Shown here piece after piece: positions 1 through 9,228 of a DNA stretch of 20,000 bases. A program made the position numbers and the translations under genes. This DNA comes from an uncultured virus (IMG/VR IMGVR_UViG_3300042276_000285). Its lineage: Duplodnaviria > Heunggongvirae > Uroviricota > Caudoviricetes. The stretch lies in IMG/VR virus record IMGVR_UViG_3300042276_000285; one strand, given 5' to 3'. The first letter of the stretch is position 1. Each line of letters starts with the position of its first letter. Under the pieces are notes generated by a model. The model had not been told where the DNA came from, searched no databases, and worked only from the letters and a program-made list of their open reading frames with translations.

Positions 1-1686
1 CTGCCCGACACAGACTACGTGGTGGCAAGCGTGTATGCGCAATTGGACTGGCAGCAGGCACGACAAAGCCTGTGGTACGACAGCCTTGCTGTGGACGGGT
101 TTAGAGTGCTGGACGTCGTGGACAGTGCCTATGTACACTACATAGCCATACGGGATTTGGATTCTCTGTTGCTGGCACTGAACGGAACAGGACTGGTGTA
201 CGCAAGCGGAGCAGACACCACATTAGGTTTTTTGTCCAACTCTGTTGACGACAGTACAATTACTGTTTCCAACAACGAATTGCACGTACTGGACACAGCT
301 CTGTATCACAACAACCTTAGAAATCTAAATTGGGCAGACGCAGGGCACACGATGGACGACACGCTGGAAATGAACGGATACAACGTGGATCAAGTGGGTG
401 TAGTTGGTATGGACACATCGTATACTGTTTTGGGGTCAGAACCAATAGGTAGCATCTATTGGGACAGCGACAACGGAACGTACAGCTACGTGTTTGAAAA
501 CGGCGTGATAGGGCAGAACTTCTTCGAGGAATATTTTAGGGTAAAAAACGAAACAGGAGCGCAAATAGACAACGGAACACCCGTTATGTATTCCGGCTCG
601 GTAGGAGCCAGTGGAAACCCGAAAGTAGTGAAGGCTATTGCCGACGGAACAAGAGCACCGTGGACGTTTTTGGGTGTAGCCACAGAAGACATTGCCAACG
701 GTGGTTGGGGTTTGGTTTCGTGGAGGGGAATAGTACGCGGAATAGACACAGACGGAAGCCCATACGGTGAAACGTGGAGTGCGGGCGATACTATATACGT
801 ATCTTCTGCGACAGCAGGATATCTGACAAACGTTCAGCCCAGCGCACCAAACTACACTATATGGGTGGCTATTGTTTCTTCCGCAGGAAACAACGGGTCG
901 TTGCTCATCAGACCAAGCTGGGACAGCAAAATAACTGATGCCGCCGACGTGAACGGAACCCCACTGACAGAAAGCGGACAGTTCCTCGTGTGGAACAACG
1001 ACAGTTCTTATTTCGATCCAACGTGGAACGTAGATACCTTTAAGGTATTAGACGCATTGTACGGAGAGATGTACAAATACGAAAATACAACGGCCGCTGT
1101 CATTGGAACACAAGATACCTATCATGCGGTTGTGAATTTTACACAAGGAAGCCAAAACGGAGTTACCTACGTGGCAGGGGCAGAAGGAAGTTTCACGGCA
1201 GTGGCAGATTACAGCGGAACAGTAGCCGGAACAGTGTTGATAACAGACGTAGGACACGGGTTGTCCACAGGCGACATACTTACAATTCACAATACAACAA
1301 ACTACAACGGCGTGTTTGAGATAACAGTAGTAGACCCGGACTCCTATTACATTACCGACACATACGTTGCCACAGAAACGGGGGATTGGGCAGCAGGTGA
1401 CTATCTGAGATGTGATGTTGCGGGTGTGTACATGGCTACATTCCACGCCACTGCATTTGCAGCAGCAGCCAACACGCAGTTTAAGTTTGAGTTGTTCAAA
1501 AACACAACAGAGTTGAACAACATAGCTGCGTCGCGTATGTTTTCATCTACCGACTACGGGTCTATCAGCGGACATGGAGTTGTTACCCTTGCTGTGGGGG
1601 ATCGCGTATGGTTTGCAGTGATGAACAGAACAAGTTCAACAGATATAACAGTGCGTCACGCAAATGTGACAATAAACAGACTTTGA
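1..1686 (+). CDS. Tail fibre/virion structural protein (5'-truncated) with C-terminal C1q/TNF-like beta-sandwich
   Basis: Frame is open from base 1. Gly/Thr/Asp-rich. Contains the module VKNETGAQIDNGTPVMYSG...FLGVATEDIANGGWGLV...GDTIYVS, which recurs in phage fibre proteins. C-terminal GVYMATFH...GVVTLAVGDRVWFAV resembles C1q/BclA-C. Confidence 0.7.
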   Translation: MPDTDYVVASVYAQLDWQQARQSLWYDSLAVDGFRVLDVVDSAYVHYIAIRDLDSLLLALNGTGLVYASGADTTLGFLSNSVDDSTITVSNNELHVLDTALYHNNLRNLNWADAGHTMDDTLEMNGYNVDQVGVVGMDTSYTVLGSEPIGSIYWDSDNGTYSYVFENGVIGQNFFEEYFRVKNETGAQIDNGTPVMYSGSVGASGNPKVVKAIADGTRAPWTFLGVATEDIANGGWGLVSWRGIVRGIDTDGSPYGETWSAGDTIYVSSATAGYLTNVQPSAPNYTIWVAIVSSAGNNGSLLIRPSWDSKITDAADVNGTPLTESGQFLVWNNDSSYFDPTWNVDTFKVLDALYGEMYKYENTTAAVIGTQDTYHAVVNFTQGSQNGVTYVAGAEGSFTAVADYSGTVAGTVLITDVGHGLSTGDILTIHNTTNYNGVFEITVVDPDSYYITDTYVATETGDWAAGDYLRCDVAGVYMATFHATAFAAAANTQFKFELFKNTTELNNIAASRMFSSTDYGSISGHGVVTLAVGDRVWFAVMNRTSSTDITVRHANVTINRL

Positions 1687-1721
1687 TGTAAAATAACGAT
1701 ATTTGTAAAAAAAAATAAACA

Positions 1722-2111
1722 ATGGCAATTTACAGAGACACAAACACCAGATATGTGGGCACGATAGACATCGAAACGGCCACAATTGTTCCTCAGTTTA
1801 CACTGCGCACAGGAGCCTTGGACGACGGGTACTTCAGAACAGACAAAGGAGAGTCTTTTTCTTTTCAGTTGTTTTCCGACGACATCAGCGCAAGTCTTAC
1901 GTGGACGCTGCAATACAGCCTAGACGGAACGAATTGGGCAACAGCAAAGGACAGCTCTGACACGGACATTACGGGAACGCTTGTGGCAGACACAGCCACT
2001 ATTCAGTCCGTGTATGCTCCGAGGTATGTCTATTTCAGAGTTTCTCTGGCAGTGACGACAGAGACCGGTAACGTGAGCTATATTGTCAGACCCGGAAACA
2101 GTGAAAAGTAA
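1722..2111 (+). CDS. Hypothetical virion protein (small beta-sandwich)
   Basis: 129-aa ORF after an A-rich leader; beta-rich, with WTLQYSLDGTNW...YVYFRVSL pattern; late-module context. Confidence 0.6.
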   Translation: MAIYRDTNTRYVGTIDIETATIVPQFTLRTGALDDGYFRTDKGESFSFQLFSDDISASLTWTLQYSLDGTNWATAKDSSDTDITGTLVADTATIQSVYAPRYVYFRVSLAVTTETGNVSYIVRPGNSEK

Positions 2112-2296
2112 TGAGAGTAATCGGTAAGTTTGTAGGAAGGGACATTGGCAAGACAGTGGGAAAGGCTCGCCTTGGGTCAAAGTTGAACTCTTATGCGATT
2201 ACAACAGACATCGAAGATGGAGTTATTCAGGCAATTTTAACAGATAGTGAAGACGGAACACCAGAATTAATCTTAATTGATACGGAGGACAGATAA
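2111..2296 (+). CDS. Hypothetical small protein
   Basis: 61 aa; TAATG coupling with the upstream gene and 2 nt from the next ATG. Confidence 0.6.
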   Translation: MRVIGKFVGRDIGKTVGKARLGSKLNSYAITTDIEDGVIQAILTDSEDGTPELILIDTEDR

Positions 2297-2298
2297 TC

Positions 2299-4068
2299 AT
2301 GAGTAAAGAAGCAAAAAATTTAGGGGCATATACAAACACGTTAGAATCACTGCGTAGGCTATTAGGTAAAAACAAAGAATTTTTCCCCAAGAATTTAATT
2401 AATACCGTTTCTCCAGATCACATAACTGGATATTTTTACGATATTTATGGCAGTTTGACTTTAAATTCGAAGTATAATATAACTGAATATATAACAGTTG
2501 ACGGATTAGTTGGTAAGGTTCTTTTGTCTTTTTATATTGGGGAAAAAAATTCAATAGTACAACATCATCATTTTAGGTTTGTTACATTTTTTGACAACAA
2601 TAAAAATTTTATTGCCTCAACATCTATTACAGATTATCGCAATTATTATCTTGTTGAAGATGTAGCCGATGCTGTTTATATGAGGATTTCGTACGAAAAC
2701 ACCAGCCTGAGCTCTGAGACTGAAAGTGTAATCATATGCAGCGAAGAAGATTTTTATAACTCCTTAATATCAAGAATTGTTCTCGAAAATAAAAATTCAT
2801 TGCAATTAGCAAGTACGGTGTTATCAGTTAATAGTAATTTATATAGAAATGATGATGGCTTGGTGGCCTCTGAATATTACAGTTCTTGTGAATTTGTTCC
2901 ACAACGAGACAAGTTGTATTACATACACTTAAATACAGGAGGTGGTTTGCCGTCTGACTTGAACTTTATGACTGTTTTGGATTCTAATGATAATGTTATT
3001 TATCGTAATAAATCATCGCTTTCATATAAAGGATGGGTTTTTCCATCAAACGCAGTTAAAGTGGTGTTGTCGTATCGTAATTTATGTGATCCATTGCTGT
3101 TGACTGAAGGTAAAAATTCAAATGAAAACTATAATTTAAGTGGAGATCTCACTTCTGGAGTTACGTATTATATTGGAGAAAATAATTATATAAAAAAGAA
3201 TGTAATATTGACATATTTTATTCAATTTACAACTTTTTCAAACATCCGAATTGGGAGGGGTGTTGGCGAATATTGGTATTCATATGTTGATGTTAATTCA
3301 ACGCAGATAATAGCAACAACTAAGAACGGGGTTGTGTCCACAGAATCTCACGGACTGACTATCTTGGATTATTTAGTTATTTCATTAGAATCAGACGATT
3401 ATAATCAGACCATTGTAAAGATTAGAACAAACGGGGGGACGTTTACAAGTGCCGCATTTGATTTTTACGGCGACGGAAGACCGTATATAATTCCATACAT
3501 GGATTGTCAATTATACAAGGCTTGTGAAATTTTCAAAGATATTAAAAAGACGGTTAGATACTACGGAGATAGTTATTCTGGAACAAATAACGTAGAGCGA
3601 TGGCCGTATCAAGCGGCATTATTGGGTGCTGATTTTTTAGTCAATGGTTTAACTGGCGGAACTTCTGTTGAATTATATGAAATGGTGGTAAGAGACATGT
3701 GGTTTGGCAAACCAAACATAGTTATTTGGGGACTTGGTATGAATGATGGTTCGGACGCAGACGAAAATACCCCTAACGCAACATGGAAGTATATCGTTGA
3801 TAGTCTTATTCAATTATCATATTTGCTTGATTTTGAATTGATTTTATGTACAATTCCAAATGTTCCATCTAGATATCATGGTGGGAAGAACAAGTATATT
3901 AGAGAGTTAGGATTTAGATATATTGATTTTGATTCTATTGTTGACAATGGCATTGACTACACGTGGAAATCAGGAATGCTAAGTGCAGATAACATACATC
4001 CGTCAAAGATTGGCGCAATTGCTTTAGCTCATGCTGCCATAGCATCTGTTTCTGAACTCTTTGTTTAG
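2299..4068 (+). CDS. SGNH/GDSL hydrolase-domain protein (probable virion-associated polysaccharide O-acetyl esterase)
   Basis: C-terminal SGNH blocks: YYGDSYS (I), NGLTGGTS (II), GLGMND (III), DNIHPS (V). Repeated N-terminal beta modules (FVTFFDNNKNFI / MTVLDSNDNVI). Confidence 0.8.
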   Translation: MSKEAKNLGAYTNTLESLRRLLGKNKEFFPKNLINTVSPDHITGYFYDIYGSLTLNSKYNITEYITVDGLVGKVLLSFYIGEKNSIVQHHHFRFVTFFDNNKNFIASTSITDYRNYYLVEDVADAVYMRISYENTSLSSETESVIICSEEDFYNSLISRIVLENKNSLQLASTVLSVNSNLYRNDDGLVASEYYSSCEFVPQRDKLYYIHLNTGGGLPSDLNFMTVLDSNDNVIYRNKSSLSYKGWVFPSNAVKVVLSYRNLCDPLLLTEGKNSNENYNLSGDLTSGVTYYIGENNYIKKNVILTYFIQFTTFSNIRIGRGVGEYWYSYVDVNSTQIIATTKNGVVSTESHGLTILDYLVISLESDDYNQTIVKIRTNGGTFTSAAFDFYGDGRPYIIPYMDCQLYKACEIFKDIKKTVRYYGDSYSGTNNVERWPYQAALLGADFLVNGLTGGTSVELYEMVVRDMWFGKPNIVIWGLGMNDGSDADENTPNATWKYIVDSLIQLSYLLDFELILCTIPNVPSRYHGGKNKYIRELGFRYIDFDSIVDNGIDYTWKSGMLSADNIHPSKIGAIALAHAAIASVSELFV

Positions 4069-4092
4069 TTCACCTTTGGAACAATACAAAGC

Positions 4093-4126
4093 AGGCAGGA
4101 TTCTTTTTAAGGGTCTTGCCTTTTTT
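4093..4126 (+). terminator. Intrinsic terminator
   Basis: AGGCAGGATTC-loop-GGGTCTTGCCT stem (with G:U pairs) followed by a T run, just after the SGNH gene. Confidence 0.7.
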
Positions 4127-4240
4127 GTGTTAATTTTACAACATGAAGAACACGCAGGAAAAGTTTGTGGACTCACAGACAAAATTCAAAATAAAGATAA
4201 ATGTAAAAAAAGCAATACGTTGGATAAAAAAGAAACTAAA

Positions 4241-4384
4241 ATGAAAGGATTGTATTTTGGAGAATGGATAGACGTGCAGAAGGTAGACGCAGAGTGGCTA
4301 AAAGAGCCGTGCTACTTCAACACAAAAGAGGGGGTTATCCCGCGTGAACTGTTAGACGACATCATAGGAGAAGAATGCTCATGA
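4241..4384 (+). CDS. Hypothetical small protein (47 aa)
   Basis: ATG 4241 follows an A-rich leader; stop overlaps the endolysin ATG (ATGA at 4381). The longer ORF-track start would run through the terminator. Confidence 0.5.
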   Translation: MKGLYFGEWIDVQKVDAEWLKEPCYFNTKEGVIPRELLDDIIGEECS

Positions 4385-4908
4385 CAGAAAAAGACAGACT
4401 GATTTTTGTTGGATATATGTATCCATACGCGAAGCTCGTAGAAGAAGACACAGAGCTGAACTGTCGTATTCAGTTGGCGCAGTTGGTGGCAGAATCCGGG
4501 TGGGAAATACCTGAAGGCAACATGCTGTTTGGCGTGAAAGATACAGACGGAATCAACGGCAACGAAATATGGGTTCCCACTACTGAAATATCAGACAACC
4601 CAAACGAAGACTACGAACACATCATAAGAGTAGAACCGTTTGTGGAAGACGGAAAGGTGTACTACGAATATACCATACGCGACTACTTCCGCAAGTACGA
4701 TAGCCCGTATGAAGCATTCTTGGATCACGCAGAGTTCTTTCAGAGAAACAGACGATATGAAAAAGCGTGGGCGGTAAGACAAGACCCGTTTGCATTTGCA
4801 ACAGAAGTAGCCAAAGCAGGATACGCCACAGCGTTGAACTACGAAGCGTATCTTCACAGCATGATACGCAGTGTAGACAAGAGGCTTAAAAAATTAGGTC
4901 TGTTATAA
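4381..4908 (+). CDS. Endolysin, GH73 glucosaminidase/FlgJ-like peptidoglycan hydrolase
   Basis: Motifs AQLVAESGW (catalytic Glu), NMLFGVK, FRKYDS, NRRY and GYAT..NY (YaT motif). Confidence 0.9.
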   Translation: MTEKDRLIFVGYMYPYAKLVEEDTELNCRIQLAQLVAESGWEIPEGNMLFGVKDTDGINGNEIWVPTTEISDNPNEDYEHIIRVEPFVEDGKVYYEYTIRDYFRKYDSPYEAFLDHAEFFQRNRRYEKAWAVRQDPFAFATEVAKAGYATALNYEAYLHSMIRSVDKRLKKLGLL

Positions 4909-4912
4909 TGTG

Positions 4913-4920
4913 TATTTTTG
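4913..4920 (+). promoter_or_regulatory. Bacteroidota sigma-70 -7 element (TAnnTTTG)
   Basis: TATTTTTG 16 nt upstream of ATG 4937; no well-spaced -33 element. Confidence 0.45.
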
Positions 4921-4936
4921 TATCAAAACAATAAGA

Positions 4937-6520
4937 ATGTACAACTTGATAAAGAAAGTGTCTAAAACATGGCTTAAAATAGCTCTCACGGGGATATTTG
5001 CATTTGTGGCAACAGTGTCGTTTGGTCAGGTAGGCAAATACGAACCAAACTTGCACGCAAGAGACACGCTCGAAACAGACCAGCGGTTTATGGTGGCAAG
5101 AGACACAGTCGTTCCGATACTGGATGTTTCGTATCACGAGTGGAGTGCAGACGCTTCCACGTGGCGCGACGAGTATGTTTTGGGGGACAGGTATCTTCGC
5201 ATCTCCAACGATGTAGAAAACACATGGGTGGAAATAGACCTGTATGACAGGTATTGGGTGCTTGGGACAGACTCTGCTATTTATGTAAATACAGACTACG
5301 CAAACAAGATTTTGATAGACACTACTACTGCTCCTTCCAACTTCAAAGTGTTCACGACTGGCGACGTGGGTGCTGACTACTACTTTTTAGGAACAGACAG
5401 CCTTACTCACACTAATATGTACAATGGAGGGGCAGTAGACGGGTACACACTTGTTGCAAGCGGCGATACAGCCATTTGGCAGCCAGCAGCCAGCGGTGTA
5501 GGGGAAACAAATATAATGCAAAATGCAGGGACAAGAGGTGTGGGCGTGTACGACAACAAAGCAGATACGTTGTTCAACATGCGAAACCTTGCATCTCTCA
5601 CAGAGCTGTTGACGGTTACATTAGACGCTGCTGACTCGGTGATAGACTTGGACTTAGTTCTAAAAACAATAACCGCCGGAACAGGTCTCAGTGGCGGTGG
5701 ATCGATGGAGAGCGACATATCATTAAACTTGTATGTGCCGGAACTGCCTTCGTCTACGGTTGTGGACAGTGCAGCAGACTGGCTTATTCTGTACGACGTA
5801 AGTGCAGCCGCGCACTACAAAGTACACCCGGAAGACCTTCTGTCCGTATTGGGGGCATATGAAGCCGGAGACGGACTTTCTCTGCTGGGTAATGTATTTT
5901 CATTGGACACACCAGCAACTGTGTCAGATACGTCTACAAGCCGCGTAGGAGAGGACGACCACTCACATGCGCTAATCATATACAACCTTACTTCGATAGA
6001 AGATGTTACGGACAGTCCTGTGAGCGGGCAATATCTAAAGTGGAACGGCACTTCTTGGGTGACAGACAACCCGGCAACAGCCGGAACCACTGTGGACTTG
6101 TACGTGGACAACGTCTTAAAAGAAAGTTCTATCGACCAGATAAATCTGGTGGCAGGGCAAGACATAAAACACACGTACGGAACAGCAGGAAAGGTGACGA
6201 CAGACTTCGACTGGTCGGTGACAGAGACAAGCTCTACGACGCCTACGCTGAACTTCGCCACGTATAGGAATATGATTGTAAACATGGCAGGAGCCACTAC
6301 GATTACAATCTCTAATTTAGTGGCAGGGGGAACAGGGAACATAACGATACTCGGAACGGGTACTGCTTCTACGGTGGAGCTGTCTGGATACACATTTCAG
6401 ATTTCACCGTGTCTGACTTTTACAGGCGATGTGATAGACACAAGCGGTGGTAAGGATATGCTGAGTTTCTACTATGACGGGGAAAATGTTTTTATAAATG
6501 GTACATATGGTTATGAATAG
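4937..6520 (+). CDS. Fibre/adhesin-like structural protein with N-terminal signal peptide
   Basis: Fibre-type motifs ITAGTGLSGGG, YEAGDGLSL and SGQYLKWNGTSWV. N-terminus KKVSKTWLKIALTGIFAFVATVSFG|Q looks like an SPI signal. Start placed at 4937 from the promoter position. Confidence 0.65.
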   Translation: MYNLIKKVSKTWLKIALTGIFAFVATVSFGQVGKYEPNLHARDTLETDQRFMVARDTVVPILDVSYHEWSADASTWRDEYVLGDRYLRISNDVENTWVEIDLYDRYWVLGTDSAIYVNTDYANKILIDTTTAPSNFKVFTTGDVGADYYFLGTDSLTHTNMYNGGAVDGYTLVASGDTAIWQPAASGVGETNIMQNAGTRGVGVYDNKADTLFNMRNLASLTELLTVTLDAADSVIDLDLVLKTITAGTGLSGGGSMESDISLNLYVPELPSSTVVDSAADWLILYDVSAAAHYKVHPEDLLSVLGAYEAGDGLSLLGNVFSLDTPATVSDTSTSRVGEDDHSHALIIYNLTSIEDVTDSPVSGQYLKWNGTSWVTDNPATAGTTVDLYVDNVLKESSIDQINLVAGQDIKHTYGTAGKVTTDFDWSVTETSSTTPTLNFATYRNMIVNMAGATTITISNLVAGGTGNITILGTGTASTVELSGYTFQISPCLTFTGDVIDTSGGKDMLSFYYDGENVFINGTYGYE

Positions 6521-7322
6521 AATTGGATTTACGTTGCTCTTTTTAGGCACGTTTTTGTTTTTGAGTACAAGTTGTCAGAACTTCTTTTGGAGCCACAGGT
6601 GTTGCGACACGGTAGTTCCACCACAAACAGAATACGGCTACCTGTACAATTGGTGGGCGGCAATAGGAGATACTGATGGTGATAATGTTTCTAATACCAG
6701 CATTGCTAACGACGGGTGGAGAGTTCCAACAAAGACGGATTATGAAACATTAGCACTGTACATAGAGCCAACTGCAACAGCTTCGACAAACACTGTATCC
6801 AAATTCCTAAAAGAAGAAGGAACTGAATATTGGCAGATAGCTACCACTGGCAACAACGATTTTGGATTTAGTGGAAGAGGATCGGCTACCAGAGACTATT
6901 CTTCTGGTGAATTTAGTGGATTGAAACAAATATTAAGACTATGGAATTCAACTGAATTCGACGCAGATAGAGCAACTGAATCTATTATGGCATACAACAC
7001 AGACAGGTTTGCTACGTCTATCGGTAGTGGGAGTGTTATATCTTATAAGGAAAGGGGAAGCTCAATAAGATTGGTTAAAATAACCCCAACGGCAGAAGAG
7101 CTTTTGTTGCCAGATGGTTCTGTTGCCGACCCATATGTTGGAAATGATGGAAAAATATATCCTACTGTGAAAATTGGAACACAGGTTTGGATTTCTTTAA
7201 ACTTAGAAGAAACAGAGTATAGAAACGGAACAGACATTCCGTTGATTGGAAACACCGCAGCAGATCAACTTATTTGGACCGGGCTTACAACTGGAGCTTA
7301 TAGTATTTATCCAATACCTTAA
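6513..7322 (+). CDS. Fib_succ_major (FISUMP; C-type-lectin-like fold) domain protein, circularly permuted, with signal peptide
   Basis: YGYLYNW, GWRVPT, GFSG, WNSTE and GSSIRLVK come first, then DGKIYPTVKIGTQVWISLNL and YRNGTDIP...TTGAY. Hydrophobic N-terminus ending in LSTSC. Confidence 0.8.
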   Translation: MNRIGFTLLFLGTFLFLSTSCQNFFWSHRCCDTVVPPQTEYGYLYNWWAAIGDTDGDNVSNTSIANDGWRVPTKTDYETLALYIEPTATASTNTVSKFLKEEGTEYWQIATTGNNDFGFSGRGSATRDYSSGEFSGLKQILRLWNSTEFDADRATESIMAYNTDRFATSIGSGSVISYKERGSSIRLVKITPTAEELLLPDGSVADPYVGNDGKIYPTVKIGTQVWISLNLEETEYRNGTDIPLIGNTAADQLIWTGLTTGAYSIYPIP

Positions 7323-7326
7323 AGAT

Positions 7327-7797
7327 ATGTTAAAGAAAGTATGGAAGTGGATTAAAGGGCTTGTACGCAAGGCAGATGACCTTGTTGAGAAAGCACTACC
7401 AGTTGCTACGGCAGTGGTAGAGGGAGTAAAGAAAGCAATAGACAGCGGACTATTCGACGCTGTTTCTGCGACGGTAAAGAGTCTTATTACCGGCACGGCA
7501 GACGACGTATTGATAGATAAAGCTGTATCGATAGCAAAAAAACAAGTCCCAAAACTGGCATTGCAACTACAAATAGTATCTGGCATTGCTGGAATAGAAG
7601 ACGAGAACGAACAAATGAAAGCCATCTTCAAAGCTTTGGGGGAATCTTCCGGCGTAGAGTGGCAGAAGTTTTGCACGGGGCTTGCACAGGAAGTCCTCAT
7701 AGCACTTGCTGACGACAAAATCACATGGGGTGAGGCAGGTGGATTGGTTGAATATTATTACAGAAATTATATAAACAAACAAAATGGAACTACTTAA
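7327..7797 (+). CDS. Hypothetical helical protein (lysis-associated region)
   Basis: ATG 4 nt after the upstream stop; amphipathic N-terminus MLKKVWKWIKGLV. Confidence 0.65.
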   Translation: MLKKVWKWIKGLVRKADDLVEKALPVATAVVEGVKKAIDSGLFDAVSATVKSLITGTADDVLIDKAVSIAKKQVPKLALQLQIVSGIAGIEDENEQMKAIFKALGESSGVEWQKFCTGLAQEVLIALADDKITWGEAGGLVEYYYRNYINKQNGTT

Positions 7798-8107
7798 TAT
7801 TTTCACAGACGTAAAGACGTGGCTTGGTGGCATTGGCATTGTAGGTGTCGTGTCCGGCGTATGGTTGTTCGTAAAGAAGAACGGATGGGCATTGTTGATA
7901 GACAAATACGCCAAAAAAGGAACTATCTTTTTTAAAGAAACAGGAGAGTTTTTTCTTAGTTTATCTGTTTTATCTCAAAAGATAGATGATTCTATAAAAG
8001 ACAATGGTAATCTTATTGAAAACAGCGTTAAAGAAGCTATCGAGGCTGGCAAGACGGTCAAAGCAGAGCTAAGAGACGTAATTGTAATCATAAAACCTAA
8101 AAAATGA
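7784..8107 (+). CDS. Putative holin-like membrane protein
   Basis: One hydrophobic segment (WLGGIGIVGVVSGVWLFV) followed by a charged tail; end of late operon. Confidence 0.5.
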   Translation: MELLNIFTDVKTWLGGIGIVGVVSGVWLFVKKNGWALLIDKYAKKGTIFFKETGEFFLSLSVLSQKIDDSIKDNGNLIENSVKEAIEAGKTVKAELRDVIVIIKPKK

Positions 8108-8190
8108 TATACGTAGCAATTGGAGTACTTCTATGGGGGTATGTTGGATGGAAGTTGTACGAAAGTGCATATATAAAAAAAGGAAGCTAA
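8104..8190 (+). CDS. Small membrane peptide (28 aa)
   Basis: ATGA overlap with the upstream stop; translates MIYVAIGVLLWGYVGWKLYESAYIKKGS. Confidence 0.45.
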   Translation: MIYVAIGVLLWGYVGWKLYESAYIKKGS

Positions 8191-8206
8191 CAACTTCCTT
8201 TTTTTT
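8175..8206. terminator. Bidirectional intrinsic terminator
   Basis: A7-GGAAG-loop-CTTCC-T8, exactly where the + and - gene blocks converge. Confidence 0.8.
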
Positions 8207-8738
8207 ATCCTATATTGTTATTTTGCCTAAACTTAATATTGTTTTTCTCTAACCACTCTGTGAATAGGTACAACACTTTAACACCCTGTTCGAATTCAGG
8301 CTTTTCGTGAAGTCTTGTTTCTTCCCTGAACTTAAACTGAAACTTATCCCAGTTAACGTTTTCTCCTTCTTCAAGATGAGTGGCAATCCTTCTTAATAGC
8401 AAAGAAACAAGCTGACTTGCGCTGACGTTGTAAAAGCCAATAGCGTCTTTTATGTATCCGCCAGACAACTCCTTGGCTTCCTTGAACTCTACAGATCTTT
8501 CATCTTTAAGGTTTAGCAAATAACGATTCAGGTCGTCTTCTAATGTCTGCAAAGAAGCGTGCGTCACAATGTCTGCTGGTCTTTTAATGTCTCCAACCTT
8601 CCAGTACAACGAAGATATCGACCTGCTGTGTGGCTTGTTTTGAATTAACCAAATACCATCTGTCATGTCATATCTCTCTGGCATCGTAACCTCTACGTAC
8701 CTTCTTCCTACTTTTTTGTACAATTTTTCCTGATTCAT
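8205..8738 (-). CDS. Hypothetical protein
   Basis: 177-aa ORF; N-terminal LYKKVGRRY motif seen in phage proteins; coupled to the upstream gene. Confidence 0.7.
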   Translation of the reverse strand: MNQEKLYKKVGRRYVEVTMPERYDMTDGIWLIQNKPHSRSISSLYWKVGDIKRPADIVTHASLQTLEDDLNRYLLNLKDERSVEFKEAKELSGGYIKDAIGFYNVSASQLVSLLLRRIATHLEEGENVNWDKFQFKFREETRLHEKPEFEQGVKVLYLFTEWLEKNNIKFRQNNNIG

Positions 8739-9064
8739 TTTCTTTTATTGTATATGTAAAATCTTTCATCTTCCTGTTCTGCAAACACGTCAAACTCCGG
8801 TTGCTCTTTGCTGACAACCAGTCTTCCACCGAATATACTTCCAATGGGGCGCACAATGCCTTTTTCAGCCAGTGTCTTTTCGTAGTCGCTCAATTCCAGT
8901 ACAAGGGGCTGCACTGGCTTAAACATATAACAAGAGTTGACAGAACTACCAGTTCCGCATTCATATCTCGGTGCATGTCCTGAACCCCTTTTTTCGTGTT
9001 CTGCTTCAAGGAACCTTGCCCTGAACTCACAGCGAAAGCACAGATGTTTCATACTTCCAGCCAT
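8735..9064 (-). CDS. Hypothetical Cys-containing (possible Zn-binding) protein
   Basis: CFRCEFRA...YEC...NSCYMF pattern. Confidence 0.65.
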   Translation of the reverse strand: MAGSMKHLCFRCEFRARFLEAEHEKRGSGHAPRYECGTGSSVNSCYMFKPVQPLVLELSDYEKTLAEKGIVRPIGSIFGGRLVVSKEQPEFDVFAEQEDERFYIYNKRK

Positions 9065-9228
9065 ATTTCTTTGTACAGTCCCTTTGTGTCCAAACGCAAC
9101 TCAATGGTGTCTATTCTCATAACGCCTTTGTTGCAGCTTGGAAACACTTCGTTTACACGAATACGCGTATTTTTGTCTACGTCGCCCTCTATTTCGACGT
9201 TGCCGAATTGTGGAAACTTCAATCTCAT
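9049..9228 (-). CDS. Hypothetical protein (59 aa; not in ORF track)
   Basis: MRLKFPQFGNVEIEGD...KEIWLEV; fills the gap, with ATGA coupling to the upstream gene. Confidence 0.55.
   Translation of the reverse strand: MRLKFPQFGNVEIEGDVDKNTRIRVNEVFPSCNKGVMRIDTIELRLDTKGLYKEIWLEV

Noticed and set aside
1..6520. Abundant GACAC/ACAGAC words as a dispersed repeat
   Set aside because: Explained by GAC/ACA codon preference in Asp/Thr-rich proteins.
6513..7322. Diversity-generating retroelement targeting the FISUMP gene
   Set aside because: No reverse transcriptase and no template-repeat copy seen in this window.
486..7914. Numerous - strand ORFs under the late genes (and + strand ORFs under the early genes)
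   Set aside because: Antisense shadows with no motifs, fully overlapping better-supported genes.
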